A stretch of 64,000 nucleotides of DNA from an uncultured delta proteobacterium (GTDB lineage Bacteria; Desulfobacterota; Binatia; Binatales; Binataceae), in NCBI GenBank assembly GCA_963836955.1, contig CAWILO010000004.1:152916-216915 (forward strand), read 5' to 3'. The position numbers and the translations under genes are program-made. This document shows, piece after piece, positions 19,725-27,649 of this stretch (positions are counted from its first letter, which is position 1; each line of letters opens with the position of its first letter). The notes under the pieces are model-generated. The model saw nothing but the letters and a program-made list of their open reading frames with translations, was not told where the DNA came from and ran no database searches.

Positions 19725-20159
19725 TTGGCTCCCTTAAATCCGCCGATAAAGTTGCTCGAACGCACCCGCTGGAAAGATCGGGACACGTTCGCGAGTCTCA
19801 TCAAGGCCAATCTCGGCAAAATAAAAGCTCGCCAACTAATCATTTCTGCCGAGCACGTTCCGGGGTTGATCGACAAGATAGCAGATCACCTTGACGACAC
19901 TATGGAACCCGGAGCGGAGTTTCAGTTGGATGCATACCAACCACCGCGCGAAACAACGAAGAGGAAGCGCAAACCTTCATCTAGGGTCCCTAGGGGGACA
20001 GCAAAGTTATGGAAACAACTTGTTGCCAGCGAGGAACAAGCGCGCATTGAAATACGCGTTTTCACAAAAGGGAAGGCCTTCACACTCTTTTTCGAGCCGA
20101 TCAAAGCGGACGATGAACTCGAAAACGCGTTCTGGAAGGACGAGTTCGGAGACGGATGA
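19725..20159 (+). CDS. hypothetical protein (first gene of low-GC islet operon)
   Basis: 144-aa ORF in a ~50% GC stretch, tightly followed by the paralog array. No family recognised and no obvious SD. Confidence 0.4.
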   Translation: MAPLNPPIKLLERTRWKDRDTFASLIKANLGKIKARQLIISAEHVPGLIDKIADHLDDTMEPGAEFQLDAYQPPRETTKRKRKPSSRVPRGTAKLWKQLVASEEQARIEIRVFTKGKAFTLFFEPIKADDELENAFWKDEFGDG

Positions 20160-20170
20160 ATCGTAGGTCG

Positions 20171-20536
20171 ATGAATCTTAGCCACGCAGCCGCGCTCGCG
20201 CTTGTGGGCTGGTACTTGATGGTGCCGCCGATGGCGCATAAAGAAGACTGGCAACTAGGCGGTCCTCGTGGGCCGGAAAGAGCCCCGTTGAGCAAATGGT
20301 TTACCTACGATTGGTTTGACACCGCTGACGCATGTACGAAGGCGCGCGATTCGCTCATGGCGAGGGCGTCATCCAATGCCCTCAATGACTATCATCGATG
20401 GCTGGCTGGTCGTGCCCCATCGGACGACCTACTTGGCGAATGGGACAGTACATACAGCACCGTCCTTGCGCTCAATGACGCCTACGGCCGGTCGCTGCGC
20501 ATTGCGACCGACGATCCTAGGCTCAAGGGAAAGTAG
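20171..20536 (+). CDS. small secreted protein, paralog 1 of tandem array
   Basis: MNLSHAAALALVGWYLMVPP hydrophobic leader. C-terminal ...IATDDPRLKGK shared with paralogs 2 and 3. Stop TAG lies 1 nt before the next ATG (AAGTAGGATGAA junction, repeated at each gene boundary). Confidence 0.5.
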   Translation: MNLSHAAALALVGWYLMVPPMAHKEDWQLGGPRGPERAPLSKWFTYDWFDTADACTKARDSLMARASSNALNDYHRWLAGRAPSDDLLGEWDSTYSTVLALNDAYGRSLRIATDDPRLKGK

Positions 20537-20537
20537 G

Positions 20538-20909
20538 ATGAATCTCCGCCACGCCGCCGCGCTCGCGCTCGCAGGCTGGTATCTTGTCACTCCCCATGCT
20601 TTGCCGTCCTCACGTGAACCAAATCTCTCTTTACCGCTATCACAATGGTCGCGGTTCGGACCCGTGCCGTCGAAAAGTGATTGCGAAGCCAGACTTTCGG
20701 CGTCGATGCAAAAGAACGATGATCCGACGATTCGCGAGAAGCTCTTTAAGGAGCAGCTGCCAAGCGTACGTGCTGAATTGCGGAGTATGTCGCCGAACCA
20801 GAAAATGCCCGACAGTTACTACGACAAAGCATACTTTGATGATTTACATCGTTACTTAAAACTTTCGCAGTGCATCGCAAGCGACGATCCGCGCCTCAAG
20901 GAAAAGTAG
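20538..20909 (+). CDS. small secreted protein, paralog 2 of tandem array
   Basis: MNLRHAAALALAGWYLV leader. Two Cys (SKSDCEAR, SQCIASDDPRLKEK). The same junction sequence leads into paralog 3. Confidence 0.5.
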   Translation: MNLRHAAALALAGWYLVTPHALPSSREPNLSLPLSQWSRFGPVPSKSDCEARLSASMQKNDDPTIREKLFKEQLPSVRAELRSMSPNQKMPDSYYDKAYFDDLHRYLKLSQCIASDDPRLKEK

Positions 20910-20968
20910 GATGAACCTACGCGCTGCCGCGCTCGCGCTCGTGGGCTGGTATCTGATGTCGCCCCTAG

Positions 20969-22143
20969 GGAAGCTCTGCACAGGTCTTAACTGGGCCGCT
21001 ATTTGAGATGTAAGTGAGCACTTTCAGGAAGGAGAGGCGACAGTGCGGTAGGTTGTTGGCCGCTCGGAGCGGCCAGCCACATTGCTATTCTCGCCGGTCC
21101 GGGTCACAGGGAACACCTCGCTCCGGCCGGGAGCAGTTGGCGGCGCAGTTGGTAGAGATTAGCCAGTGCGAACATGGTCTGCGCCCGCGCCAGATTCTTG
21201 GCCAAGCCGCGATATCTCACTTTGGTGAAGCCCCACAACTGCTTGACCACGCGGAAGGCATGCTCGCCGCAGGCGCGAGTGCGCGAACGCGCCCGATTGA
21301 TCATGCGCCAGCGTTCGCTCAACGGCCGCCAGGCAGTGGGACGGCGATTGATTCGATAATGTATCCCCCAGCTTTCAAGGAACTCTCGGTCGTCTTCTTT
21401 CCAGTACGCCTGATCGCCGAACACCGCGCGCTCCTCTCCATGCAAAAGCTCCGGCAGCTGAGTGACATCGGCGACCGCGGCATCGGTCGCTTTTACGGTG
21501 TGAACGATACCGCGCCGGTCGGCGCCGATGTGCAACTTCATCCCGAAATGCCAGTTCTTGCCCTTGCGCGTCTGCTTCATCTCGGGGTCGCGCTTCGCGC
21601 TGGCGTTTTTGGTGGAACTGGGCGCCGCGATGATGGTCGCATCCACGATGGTCCCCGAGCGCAGCAAAAGGCCGCGCGCTTCGAGCAAGCCGCCAATCGC
21701 GTCGAAGATTGCACTGGTCAAACCGTGCTGCTCCAGCAGATGGCGAAAGCGCAGGATGGTCGTCTCATCCGGCACCACGTCGTCGCCCAACTCCACTCGC
21801 GCGAAGCGCCGCATCGACTCGCTGTCGTAGATCGCGTCTTCCGCCTGCGGGTCGGAGAGATTGAACCATTGCTGCAGAAAGTAGATGCGCAGCATCTTCT
21901 CAAGCCCCAGCGGCTGGCGGCCGTTGCCGGCTTTGGGATAATGAGGCTCGATCAGCCTAAGCAGCCGCGCCCACGAGATTACCGCATCCATCTCGGCCAG
22001 AAACCGCTCGCGCCGGGTGACCTTGCCCTTCGCGCTCCAGGCCATCGAAGCAAACGTCCGCTGACTACCCATCACCACACCTCCCCATCCACCGATTCGA
22101 CCTTTCCTTTCTACACGAATCGACAAACTTGTGCAGAGCTTCC
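20969..22143 (-). mobile_element. IS5-family (IS5 subgroup) insertion sequence, 1175 bp, apparently intact
   Basis: Imperfect terminal inverted repeats GGAAGCTCTGCACAGG (left) and GGAAGCTCTGCACAAG (right, revcomp). Flanked by 4-bp direct duplication CTAG (20965-20968 and 22144-22147). Single transposase gene inside. Confidence 0.85.
21104..22072 (-). CDS. IS5-family DDE transposase (InsH-like)
   Basis: 322 aa from MGSQRTFASMAWSAKGKVTRRERFLAEMDAVISW... The blocks EPHYPKAGNGRQP, HLLEQHGL, DATIIAAPSSTKN, RDPEMKQTRKGKNWHFGMKLHIG and LANLY are near-identical to E. coli IS5 InsH. Confidence 0.9.
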   Translation of the reverse strand: MGSQRTFASMAWSAKGKVTRRERFLAEMDAVISWARLLRLIEPHYPKAGNGRQPLGLEKMLRIYFLQQWFNLSDPQAEDAIYDSESMRRFARVELGDDVVPDETTILRFRHLLEQHGLTSAIFDAIGGLLEARGLLLRSGTIVDATIIAAPSSTKNASAKRDPEMKQTRKGKNWHFGMKLHIGADRRGIVHTVKATDAAVADVTQLPELLHGEERAVFGDQAYWKEDDREFLESWGIHYRINRRPTAWRPLSERWRMINRARSRTRACGEHAFRVVKQLWGFTKVRYRGLAKNLARAQTMFALANLYQLRRQLLPAGARCSL

Positions 22144-22390
22144 CTAGTTGATCACAATGCGAACAAAATAGTCTACGAAGCGCCGCTAACATATTGGGAA
22201 CACGAGGGGAGTTTCGATACAGCGACCGAATGCGAGCGCAAGCGGAAGGATGATGTTCGCGTGATGAGTAACCTCAGAACGAATAGCACGGATCGCAGTC
22301 CAGGCTCTGACCTCGGCCTCAACTCGGCTCTGGCGGCTAAATGCGTCGCGTCTGACGATCCCCGGCTGAAGGAAAAATAACTACAAAGCT

Positions 22391-23152
22391 ATGGCGAAGT
22401 TCGAAGAACGATTCGGTCTTGTGGTTGGAGTGGATGAAGCGCGGGAGCGCTTCGTGAATCGCGCCCACTACGTGATCTTTACGAAGTTTGTCCTCACAGA
22501 TCAGCACTCCAGATACGTTGACGCCGTAACGTTTGGTCTGGGCAGACCCGTACAGTTCGATGCGTCACTCAGAGAAATCGTCGGGCGAGATTTTCACGAC
22601 AATCTGAAGGCAATCGAGTACGTTCGTCGGGCAGCAAACAATAAAGCCGCCCTTGATCAGATCGTCGCTCAGATTCTGCGGGAATCAGAAGTCGATCTAG
22701 GTGTTCGGTGGGAAGACGGGGTGTTCGTAAAAGCGGGAGCGCCTCTGCTCGACGACAAGCTGGTAAGAGATGTGCTCGGATGGGCGCGCGAGAAAGAATA
22801 TGAAATCGTGCTCGCCCCCTTTGAGAAGGGTCTGCGGCACTTCCTTGAATCCACAAAACGTCCTGAAGTTCTTTCAGATGTTGTTACCGATATGTACGAA
22901 GCGCTTGAAGCCGTCGCGAAAATCGTCACAGAGCGAAATGACGATCTGTCCAGCAACCGTGAGCGATTCATCAAGGCCGTTCGCGCGCCCGACGCGTACA
23001 AAAAAATCCTGAAAGAATACATCGATTACGGATGCGAGTTTCGTCATGCTGCCGACGCTGCGGGACAAAAGCCCGCGCTCTCACCTGAAGAAGTTGAATC
23101 GTTCATCTATCTGACTGGCGTTTTTGTGCGCTTTGCGATGAGGACGCGCTGA
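22391..23152 (+). CDS. hypothetical protein (last gene of low-GC islet)
   Basis: 253-aa ORF starting 10 nt after the paralog 3 stop. Low-GC codon usage. No family confidently recognised. Confidence 0.5.
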   Translation: MAKFEERFGLVVGVDEARERFVNRAHYVIFTKFVLTDQHSRYVDAVTFGLGRPVQFDASLREIVGRDFHDNLKAIEYVRRAANNKAALDQIVAQILRESEVDLGVRWEDGVFVKAGAPLLDDKLVRDVLGWAREKEYEIVLAPFEKGLRHFLESTKRPEVLSDVVTDMYEALEAVAKIVTERNDDLSSNRERFIKAVRAPDAYKKILKEYIDYGCEFRHAADAAGQKPALSPEEVESFIYLTGVFVRFAMRTR

Positions 23153-23322
23153 AGTTCTGTTCCCTCTCCAGGGCTGCCGCTGTTTGCGACCAACATTTCG
23201 GGCGCGGCGTCAAAGCCGCACGCGCAGAGGGAGTTGCACCTGATCGGAGACGATTCGCTGCCACCATGTTCGATGGGTGTCCTGACGACACTGCGGCCGT
23301 GAACAGCGTGTGTCCGCGTTTT

Positions 23323-23351
23323 TTGACACCTCGCGGGCTCGGTTGTATAGT
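23323..23351 (+). promoter_or_regulatory. near-consensus sigma70 promoter (TTGACA-17 bp-TATAGT) for thiamine operon
   Basis: Read directly. TTGACA at 23323-23328, 17-nt spacer, TATAGT at 23346-23351. Sits immediately upstream of the TPP riboswitch. Confidence 0.55.
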
Positions 23352-23354
23352 CGG

Positions 23355-23450
23355 ATCAGGCTGGGGGTGTGCTTTATACGCACTGAGAGCTCCCTCGGGA
23401 GAACCCCTCGAACCTGATCCGGGTAATGCCGGCGTAGGGAAGCCAACGGC
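23355..23450 (+). promoter_or_regulatory. TPP (thiamine pyrophosphate) riboswitch / THI element
   Basis: GGCUGGGGGUG...CUGAGAG...ACCC..GAACCUGAUCCGGGUAAUGCCGGCGUAGGGAAG matches the THI-box consensus. It is followed by the hairpin CCGCTTCCCC-ACACCA-GGGAAGCGG overlapping the thiS RBS region. Confidence 0.85.
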
Positions 23451-23506
23451 GCAACGTTCGCGGCTGCGCCTGGGCCGCTTCCCCACACCAGGGAAGCGGC
23501 TCAATA

Positions 23507-23725
23507 ATGCCCGACTCCATCGCAACCTCAATCACTCTCAACGGCGACCCGTACCCGCTCCACGCCGACACTCCCCTGACCGCCCTGCTGGAGCGCCTCA
23601 ACATGCGCCGCGGCCGCGTGGCGGTCGAAATCAACCGCGAGATCGTGCCCAAGGCCAGTTACGATGCGACCATCGTAAGGGCGGGCGACCAGGTCGAAAT
23701 AATCAACTTCGTCGGCGGCGGATGA
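23507..23725 (+). CDS. thiS: sulfur carrier protein ThiS
   Basis: 72 aa ending in GG. Sits between the TPP riboswitch and thiG. Confidence 0.85.
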   Translation: MPDSIATSITLNGDPYPLHADTPLTALLERLNMRRGRVAVEINREIVPKASYDATIVRAGDQVEIINFVGGG

Positions 23726-23767
23726 TTCTTTTAGCGCCGCTGCCGCGGGAATGGACACCGAAAAAAA

Positions 23768-24544
23768 ATGCAAGACACTCCTTTTGAATTGGGCGGAAAG
23801 AAATTCAAGTCGCGGCTGATCGTCGGCACCGGCAAGTACCGCGACTTCGCCGAAACCAGGGCCGCGGTCGAAGAAAGCGGCGCCGAAATCGTGACCGTCG
23901 CGGTGCGCCGCGTGAATATCACCGATCGCGGCAAGGAAAATCTGCTCGACTACCTCGACCCCAGGCGCTACCAGATTCTCCCCAACACCGCCGGATGCTT
24001 CACCGCCGAGGAGGCGATTCGCACCTGCCGCCTCGCGCGCGAGGTCGGCGTCGGCGATCTCGTGAAGCTCGAGGTCATCGGCGACAAGCAGACTCTGTTC
24101 CCCGATGTCGCCGCGACCCTCGAAGCGGCGCGCGTGCTGGTCAAGGAAGGTTTCAAGGTGATGCCGTATATCACCGACGATCCCGTTACTTGTCTCCGGC
24201 TCCAGGAGCTGGGATGCGTAGCCGTGATGCCGCTGGCGGCGCCGATCGGCTCCGGCCTCGGAATCCGCAATCCATTCAACCTCGCGATCATCATCGAGCA
24301 GGCGAAAGTACCGGTGATCGTCGATGCGGGCGTCGGCACCGCCTCAGACGCCGCCGAGGCGATGGAGCTGGGATGCGACGGCGTTCTGATGAACACCGCG
24401 ATCGCTGGCGCGAAGGATCCAATCGCGATGGCGCGAGCGATGAAGCTCGCGGTCGAAGCCGGCCGGCTCGCATATCGCGCCGGCCGAATCGAGCGCAAGC
24501 TCTACGCCACCGCGTCGAGCCCGCTCACGGGCTTGATCGGGTAG
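23768..24544 (+). CDS. thiG: thiazole synthase
   Basis: 258 aa. [24 protein letters not shown] start and conserved ThiG barrel blocks ([14 protein letters not shown]). Confidence 0.95.
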   Translation: MQDTPFELGGKKFKSRLIVGTGKYRDFAETRAAVEESGAEIVTVAVRRVNITDRGKENLLDYLDPRRYQILPNTAGCFTAEEAIRTCRLAREVGVGDLVKLEVIGDKQTLFPDVAATLEAARVLVKEGFKVMPYITDDPVTCLRLQELGCVAVMPLAAPIGSGLGIRNPFNLAIIIEQAKVPVIVDAGVGTASDAAEAMELGCDGVLMNTAIAGAKDPIAMARAMKLAVEAGRLAYRAGRIERKLYATASSPLTGLIG

Positions 24545-24552
24545 GGCGCGCC

Positions 24553-25230
24553 TTGTCGTCGCGCCCACGCGTCAGCTTCCGCCTCTACCTGATAACCGAT
24601 CGCCACGTCGTGAAGAACGGCAACCTCGTCTCCGCTTGCGAGGCGGCGCTGTCAGCCGCGCCGCCCGGAACCGTCGCGTTGCAGCTCCGCGAAAAAGACT
24701 TACCCGCGCGCGAACTCTACGAGCTGGCGCTCCGCCTTCGTGATACTTGCACGCGCACCGGCGCGCCGCTGATCGTGAACGAACGCGTCGACGTCGCAAT
24801 CGCAGCAGGCGCCGACGGCGTTCATCTTCCGTTCAACTCGATTGGCGTCAGCATGGCGCGCAAGCTGCTCGGCCCCGACAGACTTGTCGGAGTGTCGAGC
24901 CACTCGCCGCCCGACGTCGCGGGTCAATCGCGCGAGGGCGCCGACTTCGCCGTATTCGGTCCGATCTTCGATCCGCTGTCGAAGCCCGCCACCGGGCCCG
25001 CGTGGGGTCCAAGCGGACTCAGCGCAGCGTGCGCCGCGGGCGCGATTCCAGTCTTCGCGCTCGGCGGAATCACGGCGGATCGCACGCGCGACATGTTCGC
25101 GTCTCCCGAGCTGGCTGCGCGACCCGCAGGAGTCGCGTCGATCGGCGCGATCTTTGCCGCCGACTCGCCCGCTCTCGCTACTGCTGCGATGCTGTCGGCG
25201 CTGAACGCGTCGCGGACTCGGCAGCAATGA
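24553..25230 (+). CDS. thiE: thiamine-phosphate synthase
   Basis: TTG start giving LSSRPRVSFRLYLITDR, the typical ThiE N-terminus. The upstream part of ORF 23995..25230 overlaps thiG and is rejected. Confidence 0.8.
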   Translation: MSSRPRVSFRLYLITDRHVVKNGNLVSACEAALSAAPPGTVALQLREKDLPARELYELALRLRDTCTRTGAPLIVNERVDVAIAAGADGVHLPFNSIGVSMARKLLGPDRLVGVSSHSPPDVAGQSREGADFAVFGPIFDPLSKPATGPAWGPSGLSAACAAGAIPVFALGGITADRTRDMFASPELAARPAGVASIGAIFAADSPALATAAMLSALNASRTRQQ

Positions 25231-26089
25231 CCGACTGCGCGGCGTCGAGAAGAGTCTCCGGACGCGGCAGCTCCCGATAATAGGGTGACGTAAAAGTCCA
25301 TCGCACGACGCCATCGCGATCGAGCCCAAAAAACGCGGGAATCGCGTTGTCGGGCTCTCCATTGCGATGGTGCTGTACGAGACCGAGCGGCCCCAGGATC
25401 GATTCGTTGTTGTCGCTCAGCAGCGGGATCTTCGTGCGGAGAAATCCAGCGAGCATCTTCGATCGTTCGACCGGATCCGCGCTGATCGCGATGATATCAA
25501 CACCAGCTCGGCGAAAATCGTCCGCATGCGCGGTCAGCTCGGCAAGCTCGAACCGCGAGAATGGGTCGAAGTCCCCGCGATATATGAAAACCAAAGTTGC
25601 TCGAGCGTCGGATGGCACCGGTCCGCGATGGATCGAGTCGTTTTGATCGGTGAGCGCGAAGCTCGGGAAGCGTTGTCCCACCGCGAGCTTCAAAGTGAAC
25701 GGTGGATTCCGCGTCACGCGCATCGTGTAGCTGACGAATCGCCCGCCGCCTGCTCCTACGACGATGCATGCCAGGAATGCGAACAAGCCGAACCCGAGTT
25801 TGGCGTGGGGTGACGCGAGTCCGAGTGCGAGTCGCAATCCCGCGATCGAAAGCAAGATTGCGGCGGCCGCGATCGCGAACGCGGGCCACGGAATTCGTTC
25901 GTGGATACCCATCCACGGCACCGACCAGAACGACACCAGTACGTATTCGTAGAGTCCGAAGCCGGATGCTATCAGGATGACGGCGCCGATTGCCCGGATT
26001 GGTTGAAAGGGCGGGGTAACCCAGGGCTCGTCGTAAACCTCCAGCGCGACCTCGTCCGGGCGCGGCTCCTCCGGTTCCGATGTGGCCAT
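25178..26089 (-). CDS. membrane-anchored redoxin/AhpC-TSA-like domain protein
   Basis: N-terminal TM helices and a C-terminal thioredoxin-like fold (TLVFIYRGDFDPFSRFELAEL). The peroxidatic Cys position reads Ser, so it may be non-catalytic. Confidence 0.55.
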   Translation of the reverse strand: MATSEPEEPRPDEVALEVYDEPWVTPPFQPIRAIGAVILIASGFGLYEYVLVSFWSVPWMGIHERIPWPAFAIAAAAILLSIAGLRLALGLASPHAKLGFGLFAFLACIVVGAGGGRFVSYTMRVTRNPPFTLKLAVGQRFPSFALTDQNDSIHRGPVPSDARATLVFIYRGDFDPFSRFELAELTAHADDFRRAGVDIIAISADPVERSKMLAGFLRTKIPLLSDNNESILGPLGLVQHHRNGEPDNAIPAFFGLDRDGVVRWTFTSPYYRELPRPETLLDAAQSVIAAESATRSAPTASQQ

Positions 26090-26724
26090 CAGTTGAGCAT
26101 CTTCACTTTCAACTCGTCGAAGGAAAGGAGGTCGACTCCCTCCTGCTGCAATTTTTCATTGAAGGTTGGTGATTCTTCTCCGACAACAGCGACAGCGTCC
26201 CTGACCAAATGGAGTTTCGGGCCGACGCCGGTGAGCGCACTGATCTCGCGCTCGACGCATGCCTCGGTGTACACGCCGTACATCACGATGTGCTCGAACG
26301 GTCGGAGTACGAGCCGCAGGATGGCGCTAAGGTGTTCGTTGTTGGCGAGCTTCTCGAACTGCTGGCGGCGAAAGATGATTTCTCCGTCATGCTCGAGGAC
26401 CTTCTTAATCTCGTCAGGAGTGTATTCGCGACTTTCCAGAGTCAGCGGATTGAGCGGTTTGGTTTCGTCGATTTTTTCCTGGCCGGGGGTGCCGGCCATG
26501 CAATGATCGGGGTACGGTCCGCCCCAACTCTTCAACTGCGGATCGCCCGGAACGTGGCAATCGACCGAGCAGACTATGCGCACCTTCTGATCGCGGGCGA
26601 GATCGGTAATTGCCTTCCACACCGGCACGATCTTCTCCGCGCCCTCGATGTGGAATTTGCCGTCGTGCAGGATGAAGTCGCGCTGCGTGTTGATGTCGTA
26701 GAAGATTGTGGTTTCGGCTTTCAT
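26089..26724 (-). CDS. isochorismatase-family cysteine hydrolase
   Basis: 211 aa. Conserved RIVCSVDCH... and the Cys-containing catalytic region. ATGA overlap with the downstream gene. Confidence 0.8.
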   Translation of the reverse strand: MKAETTIFYDINTQRDFILHDGKFHIEGAEKIVPVWKAITDLARDQKVRIVCSVDCHVPGDPQLKSWGGPYPDHCMAGTPGQEKIDETKPLNPLTLESREYTPDEIKKVLEHDGEIIFRRQQFEKLANNEHLSAILRLVLRPFEHIVMYGVYTEACVEREISALTGVGPKLHLVRDAVAVVGEESPTFNEKLQQEGVDLLSFDELKVKMLN

Positions 26725-26731
26725 AGTTTCA

Positions 26732-27646
26732 TCAGAAGTGTTCCGGCTCGTGTTGGCGGCGATTGTCGCATTCGAGCTGCAAGGTCAGGTGGTGGATATC
26801 GAACTTGGTCTGCAGCAGATGGCACATGTCGGCGAGCACTCGATCGCGATCCGCGTCCGCCGCGACTACCGCATGCGCGGAAAGCGCGATCTGCCGGGTG
26901 GTCAAGCACCAGACGTGCAGGTCGTGAACTTCCTGGGTGCCGCTAACGGCCAGCAGGTCGGTGCGCATTTCGTCGAGATCAATGTGTCGCGGCACCGATT
27001 CCATCAGGATGTCCACGCCCTCGCGCACCAGGCCCCATGAACCGTACAGCACCAGCCCTCCGATCAATATGCTCACGGCGGCGTCGGCCTGCATCCATCC
27101 GGTGAAATAATTCAGCGCCCCGGAAGCGAGCACGCCGATCGAACCAACTAGATCGGAAACCACGTGCACGAACACCGAGCGGACCGCCATTCCTTGCTTG
27201 TGACTGTGCGAGTCGGTCGAGGTCATCCACGCGGAAAAGGTGTTGACGCAGATTCCGACAATCGCGATAGCCATCACGGGCAGCCCTGAAACCGGCCGCG
27301 GATGTCGCAACCGTTCGGCAGCTTCGATCCAGATGAAGACCACCAGCACCCACAGAAACAGGCCGTTGAGCAACGCGCCCAGGATTTCCGCGCGAAGGTA
27401 GCCATAGGTTTTCCCCGAGGATGCGGGCCGCGTCGATACCCACAGGGTCAGCATCCCGAGGCACAAAGCCGCGATGTCGGTGAGCATGTGGACTGCGTCG
27501 GACAGCAGCGCCAGGCTGCCAGTGAGGTAGCCTCCGACCAGCTCGGTCAGGAGATAAACCGAGGTGACGCCGAGGACGATAAGGAGGCGGCGCTGATCCG
27601 AACCCGCGGTTGCATGGGGTTCGTGATTGTCCATCGAGGTCCGCAT
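26732..27646 (-). CDS. cation diffusion facilitator family transporter (CzcD-like)
   Basis: Six TM helices. HxxxD motifs (SDAVHMLTD, HVVSDLVGS). C-terminal cytoplasmic domain. Confidence 0.9.
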   Translation of the reverse strand: MRTSMDNHEPHATAGSDQRRLLIVLGVTSVYLLTELVGGYLTGSLALLSDAVHMLTDIAALCLGMLTLWVSTRPASSGKTYGYLRAEILGALLNGLFLWVLVVFIWIEAAERLRHPRPVSGLPVMAIAIVGICVNTFSAWMTSTDSHSHKQGMAVRSVFVHVVSDLVGSIGVLASGALNYFTGWMQADAAVSILIGGLVLYGSWGLVREGVDILMESVPRHIDLDEMRTDLLAVSGTQEVHDLHVWCLTTRQIALSAHAVVAADADRDRVLADMCHLLQTKFDIHHLTLQLECDNRRQHEPEHF

Positions 27647-27649
27647 TGC

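Larger units (their letters stand above)
20911..22380 (+). pseudogene. paralog 3 of tandem array, split by IS5-family insertion (N-term 20911..20968, C-term 22148..22380)
   Basis: MNLRAAALALVGWYLMSPL then the IS. After the IS the ORF resumes as VDHNANKIVYEAPLTYWEHEGSFDTATECERKRKDD...AAKCVASDDPRLKEK. Removing IS plus one CTAG copy restores one in-frame 96-aa ORF. Confidence 0.65.

Noticed and set aside
20171-20909. Assignment of the tandem paralogs to the LprI/DUF1311 lysozyme-inhibitor family
   Set aside because: Only paralog 1 shows a C-x15-LNDY pattern loosely reminiscent of LprI. Paralogs 2 and 3 do not, so the similarity is not supportable by eye.
21014-22147. 377-aa + strand ORF inside the IS element
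   Set aside because: Antisense of the IS5 transposase, which has an unmistakable InsH-like translation. No family signal in the + frame.
22391-23152. HEPN (Rx4-6H) nuclease motif in the 253-aa islet protein
   Set aside because: The only R/H pair (EFRHAAD) has the residues adjacent, which does not fit the HEPN spacing. No other candidate motif.
23995-25230. 411-aa ORF spanning thiG and thiE
   Set aside because: The N-terminal 186 codons overlap thiG in another frame and are Arg/Pro-rich GC artefact. The real thiE begins at TTG 24553 (LYLITD N-terminus).
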